DNA of 63,999 nt, counting the filler, from Dirinaria sp. TL-2023a (lineage: Eukaryota), in assembly GCA_051941275.1 (NCBI GenBank). It is 8 parts of 8 records of this genome, joined end to end, with 100 filler letters (N's around TTAATTAATTAA, not from the genome) between each part and the next. Parts side by side here need not be neighbours in the genome. Positions count along the whole stretch, not along the records: positions 8,196 to 16,258 come from JAVEBF010001236.1; positions 16,359 to 24,421 come from JAVEBF010001237.1; positions 24,522 to 32,579 come from JAVEBF010001238.1; 5 more parts are not named here. One strand, given 5' to 3'. The first letter of the stretch is position 1. Each line of letters starts with the position of its first letter. The notes under the pieces are model-generated. The model ran no database searches and was not told where the DNA came from. It worked only from the letters and a program-made list of their open reading frames with translations. This document shows positions 13,195 through 25,405 of this stretch, piece by piece. Made by a program: the position numbers and the translations under genes.

Positions 13195-13548
13195 TTAATA
13201 ACCAAACGTTCTGGCCGCCGTTACAACAGTTTCCCCTTTCTCATCACAATAGTTGGGCCAACTTTCCTGCAAGACCTTCGCATTATCGCCTTCCCCCATT
13301 CGCACCATGAATCTCTCTATGGCCTTTTCATCCTCGAATACCATCTCCAGCACAAGGTCGATCCCGCGGTTGGGCCCGATGGCCGTGGGAAGGGACGAGT
13401 CGGTGTAATGGCGTCGGAACTCCTTAGGCATGGTGTCGCCCATGACTCTATGGGTGAGGGGACTGTGCACTTCCTCGTAGTAGGCAACGAAGTCGTCGAA
13501 TGAGAGGGAGGGTTTGCGAGTGATGAAGACAAGGTTCATGATTGTCAT
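13195..13548 (-). CDS. EthD/Dabb-family small protein
   Basis: 117 aa. TRKPSLSFDDFVAYYEEVHSPL matches the EthD RKPGxSxEEFxxYYxxxHxPL pattern; downstream DLVLEMVFED. Confidence 0.8.
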   Translation of the reverse strand: MTIMNLVFITRKPSLSFDDFVAYYEEVHSPLTHRVMGDTMPKEFRRHYTDSSLPTAIGPNRGIDLVLEMVFEDEKAIERFMVRMGEGDNAKVLQESWPNYCDEKGETVVTAARTFGY

Positions 13549-14979
13549 GGTGATTGATTGGATTCACGAGTGCACGTGACGACGTGATCGTATTTCGTAG
13601 CTGCTGAAGAGTGAGGTACCTTACATGTACCTAAGGCCAGAAGACTTCCGTTCCTTATATGTCGAGGTATTACATCATAGTACGAAGGTATCCGAGGCCC
13701 GGCTGACTCGGCTGACTCGATAATCCATGACATCGACGTCGAAATATTTGATGATCAAAAGACTAAGGTAAGGTACCTACTCCGATCAATCCTGTCGCTT
13801 TTTGTTGCGCTTCCCAACGATCGTGAAGAATACTGTACATAAACACTGAGAACTATACAACCAGCCAAGGAAGCTTATTTGACAACGATGTCACGGTGCT
13901 GATACGAAGAAATCAAAATCACCAATATCATGGAATTGTTCTATTCCACAAGGGGAATTTTCAAACTCAAGGTACACTTTTCGCAAAAAATCTCTGGACT
14001 ATTCTATCTTTCAGCGGCATGAAGCGTAAAATGCTCCGTACTTACCCAACCTTACCTCTACCAGTTAGAAAAACCGCTAGGATCAAGGGTTAGAGCTATT
14101 CTCACTGATCCAACAAAGGCCACTCAGCCCAGCCCAGCCCAGGTGATCTATTGCAACAGAACTGGCGTCCATCAATCGAGCTCCTGGGCTGTAATTGCTC
14201 AAAAGGTATACATCTTGCCTGCCATCTGCAACACGATTACGACTCAGGGTTAGTAAATCGTGACTGAGCGCTCGCAAGGCAAGATCAGCAACCTCGCGTC
14301 TGCGTTGTCACAATGCACACGGGAACATGCATGCGGTTTTTTCTTCCCCGACGATGACAGGTAGGGGCATCTCCATTTCCATTCGACTTTTCATGCGATG
14401 AGCGGGGAGGGGAAGTCCAGAACCAGAGACAACTGCAGAACGGGCAGCTTCCATCTGCCACTGCGGCGCACCGCTCCCGTTCTGATTCGTTGGTGAGAAA
14501 GAAATCTCATTAGTCATATTCGGTAGCGCCAAAGCTATACTCACAATTTGAATCGCATCATCTCTTGATCGTCTTACGAGGCTATGCCAAGCCTCCGCGT
14601 TGACGAAATCCCATTGGCAGCATGGCAGGAATCGCCTATTCATGGGCAAAAGGTGAAGCCAGCAGTGCATCAGTTCATGCACCTTTCTTTTCGTGAAAAA
14701 CGATCCCCAATCGCACCAATCAAGCTTGTGGTTCGGTGCACAAGATGGAGCTGAATCCTCGAGTCGGTCGCCGTGTCGAGGAGTCTGGTCCCATCCTGCT
14801 TCGAGGCCAGTTTACAGCAGGGCGAGTACCTTATAAATGCTTGCGTTCCTCGACCATGGAGGGATCCCTCGGTCTCTGCTTACGTTCTATAGTCCAAGAT
14901 CAGAAGAGCAAGCTCATCTCGCTATTCAAGAAACACTGTGTAGCCACAACTCTTCGTCCCAAGACACGTCGCTTCAACA

Positions 14980-15754
14980 ATGTCCTCTCTACTTAAGTCT
15001 GTTCTGTTCTTGGGAGTCTCTACTCTCGCCCTCGCCTCCTTCATACCTTGCGGCAGCCAAGTGGCTCTAGAGGCTGTTGCCGCTGCCGGTGGTGCCGTTG
15101 TCCCTTCGGGCTTCTGGCAGATCTACCAACAGGACAAACAGCGTTCCACCAACCTTTTTCCTTCGTCGCCAAACGGCACTGCATTATTCTTTGTCAGTCA
15201 GGGCGACAATGCTGCGAACAAATTCGATCTCATTGTTTCCTTCACCAACATCCCAAACGGCCCAGGTCCTTATTCAATCGAGTTCTTATACTCCAACCCG
15301 GCCAGAGCAGGTTATGGTTCTGATGGCAATGATGTGATTAATACTTTTGCTATCACCGGTGCACTCCCGGTATGTCACATTTCCCTGCCCTTGCCCGCTC
15401 CTCGTATTGAATGCTGGAGGAGAAACGGCCGAGGTAGGGCTGACATGAATGTCCGTTATTAACGCGCAAATTACCTAGACCAACAACGTCGGTAATATTG
15501 TCCAACCGTTTCCAACCTGGGACAATGTGGACAAGCTCAGAGGGAGCTTGATCGGCACCTTCCACTTGCCTAGGGGTGACGAAGATCCCACCCATATCCA
15601 TCGCATTTTCATCAATCAGGTAACGTGGAACTCGACAATCAGTCTCCGGTTCAGCATCACCACCGATAGCTCGAACTCGGGATTTGTGCGCTGGCTACAG
15701 AACAATGACAATGTGGGCTTTGTTCCGGGTGTGAGAATCAACTACGGCGGCTGA
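14980..15754 (+). CDS. Secreted hypothetical protein, possibly But2-like beta domain (2 exons)
   Basis: Signal peptide MSSLLKSVLFLGVSTLALA. GT-AG intron ~15371-15478 joins the two ORFs in frame. TATAAA at ~14832. The But2-like call (FTNIP, PTWDN) is weak. Confidence 0.65.
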
Positions 15755-16258
15755 GATTCGATCAATCGAGCCTTTTGTGGCGTAGAAATTGGTCGACGTC
15801 TCGGCAATGAAGTAGCTGACCGGTGTCGAGACTCATTTTTCAAACTTATCGCTCGCGAAATAGCGGTTTTAGGATCACGGCTCTGATGATGACTAACGAA
15901 CTTGATGATAGTAAAGGATGGTTGTCTAGGCAGGGAAAGTAACTCGAGAATAGATACGTTCATTGGAAACCCCAAAAAAATCATTTCTTTTCTCCTTGAA
16001 AGTCCACAAAATTTCCCCAGACCAGTCCCGTGACCGTCTCTTATCAGATATATATAACCCTCATGAAGTGACCAATAACATTAAATTGCTGAGAAAACCT
16101 CTCAGATCAAGGTATCTATCAACCTTTTCCTAAATTGGGGAAAAGAAAAAAAAAAAGGCAAAATAGAAGATCTCAAATTGGTATATATACAGATCCAGTG
16201 AGGTTTGGAGGAAATTGGGGGGTTAGGGGGAGGTTTTGAGAGAGAGAGAGAGAGAGAG

Positions 16259-16358
16259 NNNNNNNNNNNNNNNNNNNNNNNNNNNNNNNNNNNNNNNNNN
16301 NNTTAATTAATTAANNNNNNNNNNNNNNNNNNNNNNNNNNNNNNNNNNNNNNNNNNNN
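16259..16358. other. Artificial contig linker
   Basis: N-run + TTAATTAATTAA + N-run, preceded by a (GA)n microsatellite at the contig end. Confidence 0.98.
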
Positions 16359-16933
16359 CAACACCGTCGGCACGCAGATCATGACTTATACCTTCGTGCC
16401 CCTGCTTCTGAAATCGAGGGATCCGCGCCTCTTGTTCCTCGCCAGCGGGACCTCGAGTTTGGCGGGGAGTTTGAATTTTGGGTTGCCCATGAATCGGGTT
16501 CCTGCTGAAAAGGGGTGGCCGAAGAAAGAGATGCTGGAAGCTGGGGTCGCCAATATCCCGGCATATCGGGCGTGTAAATGTGGGTTGAATATGGTGATGA
16601 GGGGTAAGTGTGTGAGAGAGACTTTGTCTGAATCTAAAATTTTCATTTTCATTTTCATTTTCATTTTCTTTTCCTTGATTTTTAATTTCGGTTTGACTGA
16701 TTTTATGTGATGCAGAGTGGGATCGTGTGCTCAAGGAAGATGGCGTCAAAGTCTGGTGCATCTCGCCTGGCTTTCTAGCCACGGGGCTCGGTGGCAATCC
16801 TGAGGCGACGAAGAACGCAGGTGCGGGCGATCCGGCTACGGCGGGAGAGTTTGTACGAGCGGTGTTGGAAGGAGAGAGGGACGGCGATGTGGGTCAGGTG
16901 CTTCTCCGGGATGGCGGCGTGCAGCCTTGGTAA
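16359..16933 (+). CDS. Short-chain dehydrogenase/reductase, C-terminal part (5' truncated)
   Basis: NTVGT, catalytic YRACK (YxxxK), then EWDRVLKEDGVKVWCISPGFLATGL after intron ~16604-16716. Confidence 0.85.
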
Positions 16934-17020
16934 GAGCGGCAAAGGCAACCCTCGGCCGGTTATGATTGTGTCTGGTAAATGTCAATGTTCCATTAGGGAT
17001 AGCACCAGTTACTTCTGCTA

Positions 17021-19069
17021 TTAGCCAGGCATAAGAGCTCCATCCGAAAGGTTCAAGAATTGCCCCAGATATGCCCATGAGCTGTCCTCCAGGGAGTATT
17101 GCACAGCTTCGCTACCTGTCCAATCAGTCTCTGTCTGCTCAGGTAGAAACTCCGGCAAGTCACGTGGAAGCAGGTCGGTATGGCCATTGGCCAGATCATC
17201 CATGACCGGAGTTTGTAGTGAAGACGGCCCGAAATCATTCGTGGACGGATTAGATTTGTTCATAACGAATTCCTGGTTTTGTCCACCGGGGACGCCGAAA
17301 CGCAGCAGCGTTGCATTGACCACTCTCTGTACCCTCCTGCAGTCTCTGCTCCTCACTGCTCCATCCACGCAGATATCTCGAGCTCGTTGTAATAGTTCGA
17401 TTATCTCGGGAGACTGTGAAAGGACACCCGAGTGAGTCTGACTAGTTGCGCAAAGTACCAGGCATAGCGCCATTACTCCAAATAGGTAGTCATGCCATGT
17501 AATGCTGCTCATAAACCAGCGCTGCGTCTCAAGCTGGCCGCCTGGAAGGAATTCTTCATAGGTATCATTGACGCACCGGACGATGTTTGATGCTGCGTCG
17601 CAGCAGAGTTCGATGCTGTGTACGCGCCCTCGAGTGACGTATGGGCGGTGGAGGACGCAAAGGCATTTGTGATACAAGAATGACAGGCACAAGCGGGTCA
17701 CAATCAGGGACGGAGAATCAACAGTAGAATCGCTTATGGGTAGTGGCCTTAAATTTGTCGGGAAAGTCGAGTAAGTATTCCTTATCTCAATATCGAGTTT
17801 GTCAACATCAGCGGACCCGTCCAGCCCCGTCGTCATAATGTGACGATGCACCTTTTCAAAAACAGCCACAAGCTTGTGCTTCGCATTGTAGAAATGTATA
17901 TCCGTTACCTCCGAGTCTGGCCGTGTTGGAGGCAGCGCTTCTGTATCCTCATCGAAATCAGAGTCTAGGAGGTTCCTGGGAGGTTGGGTGTCCCAAGTTG
18001 GGAATTGAATATTGCTTGGAAGTCCCAATTGGAAAGAGATCAGAACATCCAACTGCATACACAAAGACCAGGTACGCCGTCGCATCTCTCCCTCGAACAC
18101 CGAGAGCTGGAAGATGCTCGGATCTCGGTGGTAGCCCATCCTTGTTGCAAGTCGTACGATCAAGCCAAAGATGAGACCTACATCTAGCGAAACACCAAGT
18201 CCTGTCATGCACTTCGCCTGGGCATACAATAGAAGCGATTCTACCGAGAATTTCTTCGGCCGAAAATACTCGCCAAGGGCAAGACAGTGAGCGGAGGCGA
18301 TTTCATACCTGTTGTCCGCGTAGACGTTCGCCTGGCCTAGCGAAAGAGTATTTCTGGCTATATGGCAGATGGAGAAAAGGATAGAAACCCACAAAGGAGG
18401 CGCTTTCAGAGGATCTTTCCAGAACTCTTGGTAGTATCTACGAAAGTACGAAGCGTGTATGAAAGGTGCAACAACCCCTCGGCTTCGGAAGTAGGCGGCC
18501 GTGAGACGATCAGCCTCCTGTCTTGAAGGTAGGTGCTGATTTAACACTTGTTGAAAAGAGAGAGGGGACTCAGATCCGAGAATTATACTGCTCCCAATAT
18601 CCGTTTCACGATCACATATATCGTCATCTGGTTCGCCAGCTTCGCCAGGTACTATAATGGATCTGAGTCCCTGGATATCCTCAAGCATTGCAGACCAGTG
18701 AGTTGACCCGTTGAAGACGAGCCCGTCGGATGACGGAGCATTAGATTCCATGCTAGGCTCTTCTTGATTAACATGCTGATCTGTCAATTGGCCGGAAACA
18801 GTATTATCATGAGCGGCCGAGCCATCGCCGTGCTGTGCCCATTGTTGGACAAGCCGCTCCAGATGCTCAAGGCGTGCTTCAGCTTGCAAACGACGCTCAC
18901 GCTCGCGTTCTAGGCCGTTCTTGGCTCGCTCATATGTGCAGGAGGCCTCATCCCTTCTTCTTGTGCAGGATAAGCATGGAAAATTGCGGTCACACTTTAA
19001 TTTCCGTCTCCGACATTCAGAGCAGGAAAGAAGTTCTCGATTTCTCGTCCGTTTCTGAGTCGTCTCCAT
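17021..19069 (-). CDS. Zn(II)2Cys6 fungal transcription factor with middle homology region
   Basis: CSECRRRKLKCDRNFPCLSCTRRRDEASC binuclear cluster; MGYHRDP and EGEMRRRTW MHR motifs. Confidence 0.93.
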   Translation of the reverse strand: METTQKRTRNRELLSCSECRRRKLKCDRNFPCLSCTRRRDEASCTYERAKNGLERERERRLQAEARLEHLERLVQQWAQHGDGSAAHDNTVSGQLTDQHVNQEEPSMESNAPSSDGLVFNGSTHWSAMLEDIQGLRSIIVPGEAGEPDDDICDRETDIGSSIILGSESPLSFQQVLNQHLPSRQEADRLTAAYFRSRGVVAPFIHASYFRRYYQEFWKDPLKAPPLWVSILFSICHIARNTLSLGQANVYADNRYEIASAHCLALGEYFRPKKFSVESLLLYAQAKCMTGLGVSLDVGLIFGLIVRLATRMGYHRDPSIFQLSVFEGEMRRRTWSLCMQLDVLISFQLGLPSNIQFPTWDTQPPRNLLDSDFDEDTEALPPTRPDSEVTDIHFYNAKHKLVAVFEKVHRHIMTTGLDGSADVDKLDIEIRNTYSTFPTNLRPLPISDSTVDSPSLIVTRLCLSFLYHKCLCVLHRPYVTRGRVHSIELCCDAASNIVRCVNDTYEEFLPGGQLETQRWFMSSITWHDYLFGVMALCLVLCATSQTHSGVLSQSPEIIELLQRARDICVDGAVRSRDCRRVQRVVNATLLRFGVPGGQNQEFVMNKSNPSTNDFGPSSLQTPVMDDLANGHTDLLPRDLPEFLPEQTETDWTGSEAVQYSLEDSSWAYLGQFLNLSDGALMPG

Positions 19070-19766
19070 GCCGCTCTTGAAGTATGTTTCGGTTCAAAGA
19101 CAGACGGCAGCCGAAGTTTTGATGAGCCAGTATTTTTTGTTGCTGACTTTCTATTGGACGTGGTCACACCTAACAGCAGCAGAGGCTCTGAAGTAATTCC
19201 ATTCTATACAGACGGCATAAAATGCAATCCTTTCCGATTCGAGATATGGTATGATGAGCTCAAAGATATGCAGAAATTTGGAGGATCAATGCATGTAAGA
19301 TGATGAATTATGAATTATGAATTATGAATTATGCTCTGCACTTCGTGCGAGCTCGCTTGCGCTAGCCCGATTGAGATTTCCCGTTCACGAAGTCGACGGT
19401 CCTTGGCAGGAACCCCGAGATCGTCACCTGATATCTTGAGAAGACAACCAAAGATACTGTTATTCCAAGTAGAAAAGGAGGGAGAATAGGTGATTGAGGC
19501 TTGAGATCCCGATCATCACTTGTCACGCGGTACTGGGCAACACCTCAGCGGGACTGCAAACTTTTTCCTTTTACGATTTGGCTTACAAAAACAGCCACTG
19601 AGCCTCTTCTTCCTATTACATATACGCCAGACATGAAAGCCCGTCATCACCTCGTCCACCTTTTCCTTCCCAGACATTCCAGGCCTGCATCAACCGCGAT
19701 GCCCTACGCGAATGGAGCTGCAAGGCCAGCTAGCTCCCTCAATCCGGTATGCTTGGTACCAGGCAC

Positions 19767-21451
19767 TCACATGACATATAAGAGATTTGTATCTGGTCAC
19801 AGTCCATTAGCGTCGGAACTGGATGTAGAGTAGGCACGACAAGAAGTGGGAGAGAACAAAAGTAAGACAACGTACCGAGTGGGTGGCTGCAGCTCAGCTG
19901 TGGCTTTTGGGTATACTTGGCTTCGAGCTCGTCGCGGATGCTGTTGAGGAGCTGGACGTAGCTCTGCTGCGGGTTCTTTTTCAGCGCCGTGATGAAGGCC
20001 CAGGACATGGCGCCCGTGGCTTGGCCAGCGATTTGTGCATCTTGACTGTTTCGCACCACTCGTCAGCGATTACTCTCGGACCGAGAGATTGTAAGAAAAG
20101 CAGGGAAGAGATAAATGATCAGAGAGGGCAGGAGCTTACGAAGTCTGCGTATCCTTGGAGCCAGACCACATCACAACATCGGCGGGAGAGGTCTTGGTCT
20201 GCCGGGCTCTTTCGTAATTTGCCTCGCCTTTGGTGGCTTTCTTGAAGAATCCCATCGCAGTATTCGCCATGCCAGACATGTCGCCCCGCGCGTACGCAGA
20301 TACAATACCCAGCAGACCTTGCCCGGCTTCCTTTGCCAGATTGGGTTCTTTGAGCACACCCTGCGTGCTGTAAATGTATGGAAGATCGAGCGCCGAGCCG
20401 GAGTGGCAGGAGTCAAAGATCGCCGTGAGTCGAACGCCTGGTTGGAGAGACTGAACCATGATGCGGTGCATCTCGTCATCCACAATATGCCCCACTGCAC
20501 GGAAATCGACTGGATAAATGACTTCGTCGTATCCGTCCTCTTCGTCGCCATCCAAATCCGGCGTCTGCCCACCATGCCCACTGTAGTGGAAGAAAAGCGA
20601 GTCATTAGGTTTGGCATCCTTCACCAACCAGTGCATGGCTCTGATGATATTCGCTTTGGTCGGCTGGCTCATGGGGTTTTGCTGGTCGTCGGTCAAGATC
20701 ACCATGTCCTCCCTCGCGTAGCCGAAGTTCCCGTTCAAGTATGTGGACATATTGCGGACGTCATTAATACAGCCACGCAGCTGGCCTTTCTGGTTGAAGT
20801 AATTTATGCCAATAAGGAGCGCCTTGCGCCGGCCCGTGCACGAACTGTATTGGAATCCGTAGTGGGAAGGTGCGCCATGCCCGAAAGACTGCATTTGGGA
20901 CGGCGGTGGGGGAGGGGCGGAATGGTTCCCAGCGACGTAGGAATTCTGGTTGACAGTAGGGAGGCCTATTGCCATGACATGCTTAGCATTGCGCCGCTTC
21001 TGCAACAGTCTTGTCAGGGCTTACCTGGTCGTCCGTTGAATTGCGGCCCGCCCGGGGGAGGGGGACCGTAGCCCTGACCTTGGGTGGGCGGCTGCCAACC
21101 CCCACCACCGCCGTAAGGTCGAGGAGACGGCGGCGCCTGGGAGTAGCCATAGCCGGGCTGTGGAGGTGGAGGGCTGCCCTGGGGTGGGTAGCCACCGTAG
21201 CCTTGTGGACTGATGACAGTTAGCCGGGTCGATTTTGGGACGTGGAGGGGCACGTACGGATATTGCTGAGGTGGAGGAGCTCCATAGCCTTGTTGCGGTG
21301 GGCCACCATAATTGGGAGGAGGCCCTCCGTAGTTCTGTGGCGGTGGGTAGCCTTGTTGTGGAGGGGGCGGACCGCCGTAATTGGGCTGTGGTGGAGGGTA
21401 ACCACTGTGCTGTTGACCGCCGTGATAACCGCCTCCTGGATAGAAGGACAT
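19767..21451 (-). CDS. MCA1: Metacaspase (type I), multi-exon
   Basis: Pro/Gln/Gly/Tyr-rich prodomain, [11 protein letters not shown], catalytic HYSGHG and DSCHSG. C-terminus [22 protein letters not shown]. Confidence 0.95.
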
Positions 21452-22365
21452 CTCGAAAGAATTGCAGACCCTAAAAGGCCCTGGTAGACTGCTGACGGTA
21501 GATTGAGAGGTCTTGACGTTCTTTGAACGCTCTTCGATCAATCAATGCGACACTCAGGATTCGGCACGTCAAGAGCTTGGCGGGGTAGAACGGCAATGAA
21601 GATCCGACTCCGACGTTCGATGAGGTGAGTGGAATACAAGTGTGATAAGATAATGACTAGATCCTGGCACGGGAAGATGAACGAGGGAAAGGTGAAGGCG
21701 AGAGAGAGAGCTGGAAAGGAGTATTGTTATGATCGTTCTAGTCAGGGCAATAATAAAGTAATGAAAGGTTCGCGTCGGCAGCGAGGTTTGATTAATGGTA
21801 GGACATTGAGTGTAGGACCAGCTTTTGATGAAGGACAAGTGCCAGTGCCCGTCCCAGTATTATCATCGTGACAGCTCTTTCGCTCCATCAAAGCTACTGT
21901 ACTGATCATTTGGACACCTTATATAAAATTCGATTGATACTTCGTATTCTCGTCTCGGAAGCAAGCCATCATGTGGCCGACCAGTAGATATGCCTGCAAC
22001 CCGGTGCAGCTCTTTCAGCGCGGTTCCGCTTTCCCTAACCAGCTGCTCTCCTCAGCCGCACGCATCTAAAGCAACCTTGATTCGACTTCGTCCTCTTCTT
22101 CAGACAAGCCCTCAAGGCATGTTCATGCATCTTATATGACTTCTCATGATGCTTATGCCATTGCGTCGGAACTTTGTTGTAGCTGCAGCGTAAGCTTGCA
22201 GTCATTGGGCCCTCTCCTTCCCTTATTCGGAGAGCCCCGGCTAGGATGACATAGTAGTGCAGCTCGATAACGACTCGAAAATTAGGCGCCAAGATCTAGT
22301 ATGAGCATGCTCTCGTGTCTTCTTTGTTGATATCGACTGCTGTTCTCAACTCTTCGGCCATAATC

Positions 22366-23561
22366 ATGGGGTACTTCAACGGCCCTGAGGTAGCAGAAGC
22401 TTCGGGCATTCCAACTGTCGATTTCGCAGGCTGGGCTCACGGTGACAACTGCCAGAGGAAGGAAATTGCTGACCAGCTGGTGTTTGCATGCCGCGATGTG
22501 GGTTTCGTATACATCGTAAATCATGGCGTTCCCTCAAGCAGAATTAGAGACACGTTTGCGTGGTCGAAGAAACTTTTCGATCTCGACGCGGAGGAAAAGA
22601 TGCTAGCTCCACATCCTCCTGGTGGCGCCGTCCATCGAGGGTACTCGTGGCCAGGTCTCGAGAAAATATCTCAGACGTATGGTGATGAGGATGATCCGGA
22701 TCTTGTTAGGAAGCTGAGAGCCGTGTCCGACGTCAAGGTATTACTACCCATACGACTTCTCTTCATTTTTGATTGGAGATGCGTAGGAGAGCTACGAAAT
22801 TGGCAGTGAGCAGAATCATCAACAACCCAATATCTGGCTACCCGAAGAGGTCTTACCTGGTTTTCGCAGTTTTATGAATAGTTTCTTCTGGGAGATGGAC
22901 AAGGTCGCGAAAGTACTTCTCCAGGCGATGGCGATCGGTATCGGCCTCGAGGATGAGAATTACTTTATGCCTTTCCATTCGGGGCATAACAACCAGCTGC
23001 GGCTTCTTCACTATCCTCCAGTGCCTGCAGCCAACCTTGAAAACCAATCAATGGCGAGGATGCCAGCGCATAGTGACTGGGGTTCGATAACTCTCTCCTT
23101 CCAGGATGATTGTGGTGGCCTGCAGGTAGGTGTCGTTGAGCGAGACAGCGTATTAGCTAAGCCTATGAAGGTAGAGAACCCTCACCAAGAAGGCGATTTC
23201 ATTGCCGCTCGACCGCTTGAAGATGCTATCGTCCTCAATGTCGGCGACCTCCTCCAAAGGTGGAGTAATGGTAGGTAAACCTTGGCTCCATACTTTTGTT
23301 AGTGTGATTCTCATAGATCGCCTCCTAGATTTGCTGAAATCCACTCTGCATCGCGTAACGTTACCCCCAATGCAGGATCGCTTCACTGGTGGCGAGCGGA
23401 TGACCAGGGCGCGGCATTCAATACCATACTTTGTTGCGCCCGAAGGTCCTACAGTCGTGAAGTGTCTTCCGGCTTGCACTGATGAAAATCACCCGCCTAA
23501 ATACAGGCCAATCGAGTGGAATCAGTATATGCTCATGCGTGCTGGCATGATGTATGAGTGA
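22366..23561 (+). CDS. 2-oxoglutarate/Fe(II)-dependent dioxygenase (IPNS/DIOX_N type), 4 exons
   Basis: IPTVDF, ACRDVGFVYIVNHG, LRLLHYPP, HSD facial-triad motif, NVGDLLQRWSN, STLHRV, RHSIPYF. Three canonical GT-AG introns. Confidence 0.92.
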
Positions 23562-23817
23562 AATTTATCAGAGAGCCGTGTGTATGGTAGACGAGCAAAA
23601 GAGTTGTAATTGGAAGACTCTGTAGGTAGCCATATCGTTTTCCGACCTCTTATGAAGGCCAAGGCAGACCTAGCCACAACACTCATTATCGCAAACATCT
23701 CAAGCAACTAGCATCTGAAGGGCCAACAGCGTTAAGAGAAATATGGTTGATCTGTAGCTCGTTGGAGGAACAGTCATAGATCCCCCCAACAAAAAAAAAA
23801 AGAAAGAAAAAAAAAAG

Positions 23818-23850
23818 TTGCAGCCGAGTGGTTCGAACCCACGACCTTAA
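23818..23850 (-). other. tRNA-like 3' fragment / Pol III B-box followed by poly-T
   Basis: Minus strand reads AAGGTCGTGGGTTCGAACCACTCGGCTGCA then a long T-tract. I could not build a full cloverleaf. Confidence 0.3.
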
Positions 23851-24022
23851 GGTGGACAAAAACAAGAACCCCCGAAATAGCAACTTGTCTAGTGTCAAGG
23901 TCTAGTTCGCGAAGTCTACTGCCTATGAGGGACGACTTACTCATATCACAAGCGGCGCTACGGAAGATTCTATGGAAATCTGCTCTCTAATTAAATTATA
24001 TATTCTTTTTTTAATTAGGGTT

Positions 24023-24421
24023 CGCCACATCACTTTAAGAAATTCTCACCCTCTACTTATTGGACGTTTCCTGGTTTACTGTACTAGGTACAACATCCTA
24101 GAAACCATCTACGAAGCTTGTGGACGCAGGTCAGTAAAATGGGAATGCTACACTGCTCAACCCGGCTGCCTCGGAACGACGCTCACTTATAACTAGAAAT
24201 AATTTATGGGTTTTTGTGCAGAAGGTAAAGAAAAAGGCATTGCTACACTTCCTATTCTAGTGGCCTAGCTTTGAAGCTCAAATTTCTTAAGGTTGCCACT
24301 GCCGCCACATCACTTTAAGAAATTCTCACCCTCTACTTATTGGACGTTTCCTGGTTTACTGTACTAGGTACAACATCCTAGAAACCATCTACGAAGCTTG
24401 TGGACGCAGGTCAGTAAAATG
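24023..24421. repeat. Exact 119-bp direct repeat (24023-24141 = 24303-24421) ending at the contig end
   Basis: CGCCACATCACTTTAAG...GTCAGTAAAATG present twice, 280 bp apart. Confidence 0.9.
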
Positions 24422-24521
24422 NNNNNNNNNNNNNNNNNNNNNNNNNNNNNNNNNNNNNNNNNNNNTTAATTAATTAANNNNNNNNNNNNNNNNNNNNNNN
24501 NNNNNNNNNNNNNNNNNNNNN
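24422..24521. other. Artificial contig linker
   Basis: N-run + TTAATTAATTAA + N-run. Confidence 0.98.
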
Positions 24522-25072
24522 AGACAGTGCATGTGATGGAATGCTTTGATGTGGTATATGCCCTTGCTTTCATCCCATGGGAAACGAGCCGAGAGCGCGA
24601 GGCCATGGCTCTTGGCGTACTCGTCGGATAAGGCGACCACGACGGGGCTGGTGTCGATGGACTCCCAGAGCATATTGGATTCGGTGGTGTTGATGTCGAT
24701 GTAGTCCGTGTGCATGTAGTATGCGACGGGGTGGTCGTATCCCAAGCCACCTGATCGCTCATAGTCAGCATCCTTTGAAAAAAAAAAAAAGTCTAGCCAT
24801 ATGTCGATGAAGGGGGGGCTGAACTTACTGAACTTCGAACGGCCAAGGTCAGGCAGCTTCTTCAGAACATGGTTGTCCCTGAGTAGATACCCATTTGCGA
24901 AAAGCGAGATCGCAAGCAAAAGGGCGGATAGGATGGAGAAGCAGCGGTTGATGATGCTTCTGGTGATGCGTCTCGGACGAGGTTTCTCGTAGACGTGCTC
25001 ATGACCAGCTAAGCTCTCCTCGCTGGAAGAGAGCAAGTGAACATGGGCTTCGTCCTTGTAAGTGTCCATCAT
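24522..25072 (-). CDS. DUF3328 / UstYa-family oxidase, 3' truncated by contig end
   Basis: Short cytosolic N-terminus (MMDTYKDE), one TM anchor (FSILSALLLAISLFANGYLL), NMLWESI, FPWDESKGIYHIKAFHHMHCL (first HxxHC motif). 78-nt GTAAGT...GCTGAC...CAG intron at 24751-24828. Confidence 0.88.
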
Positions 25073-25192
25073 TCTTGATGTCTTAGGCTTGGGGACTGGA
25101 CTTTTTGCAGAGGAGAGAAGGACGGCGGCACTCCTATGTCCTAAGCCAGGACACCGGTACTTGTATGGTGTAAACCTGGGCAACGGTTCGTC

Positions 25193-25267
25193 TTCTAGAA
25201 TCCGGGACAACGGCACTTTCGTATTCTAGAAACCAGGAAAATCGGCACTTGTCTTCTATAAACCAGG
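25193..25267. repeat. ~30-bp degenerate tandem repeat (about 2.5 copies)
   Basis: Units start TTCTAGAA (25193), TTCTAGAA (25224), TTCTATAA (25254); shared CCRGG and CGGCACTT. Confidence 0.7.
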
Positions 25268-25405
25268 TGCTCGAGTGCTCGGACGTCCACATGGTGTAGT
25301 GGTATGGCCGCTGACTTGCTCCAAGGCTGGTTCGATACTGTGCTCACCGAAGGTGCGACAGTCACTATGTTGTCGTTATTCGGTGCAAACTTCATCTCCG
25401 ACGCA

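Noticed and set aside
13195..19069. EthD + SDR + Zn2Cys6 factor as a secondary-metabolite cluster
   Set aside because: EthD is on a different contig from the SDR and TF, and no backbone enzyme is visible.
20115..21071. 318-aa antisense ORF over metacaspase (likewise 41452-42231 over ARG1 and other shadow ORFs)
   Set aside because: Antisense shadows of GC-rich coding sequence with no recognisable motifs.
22366..25072. 2OG-Fe(II) oxygenase as a tailoring gene of the DUF3328/RiPP locus
   Set aside because: Separated by an artificial linker (24422-24521); the contigs are ordered by length, not position.
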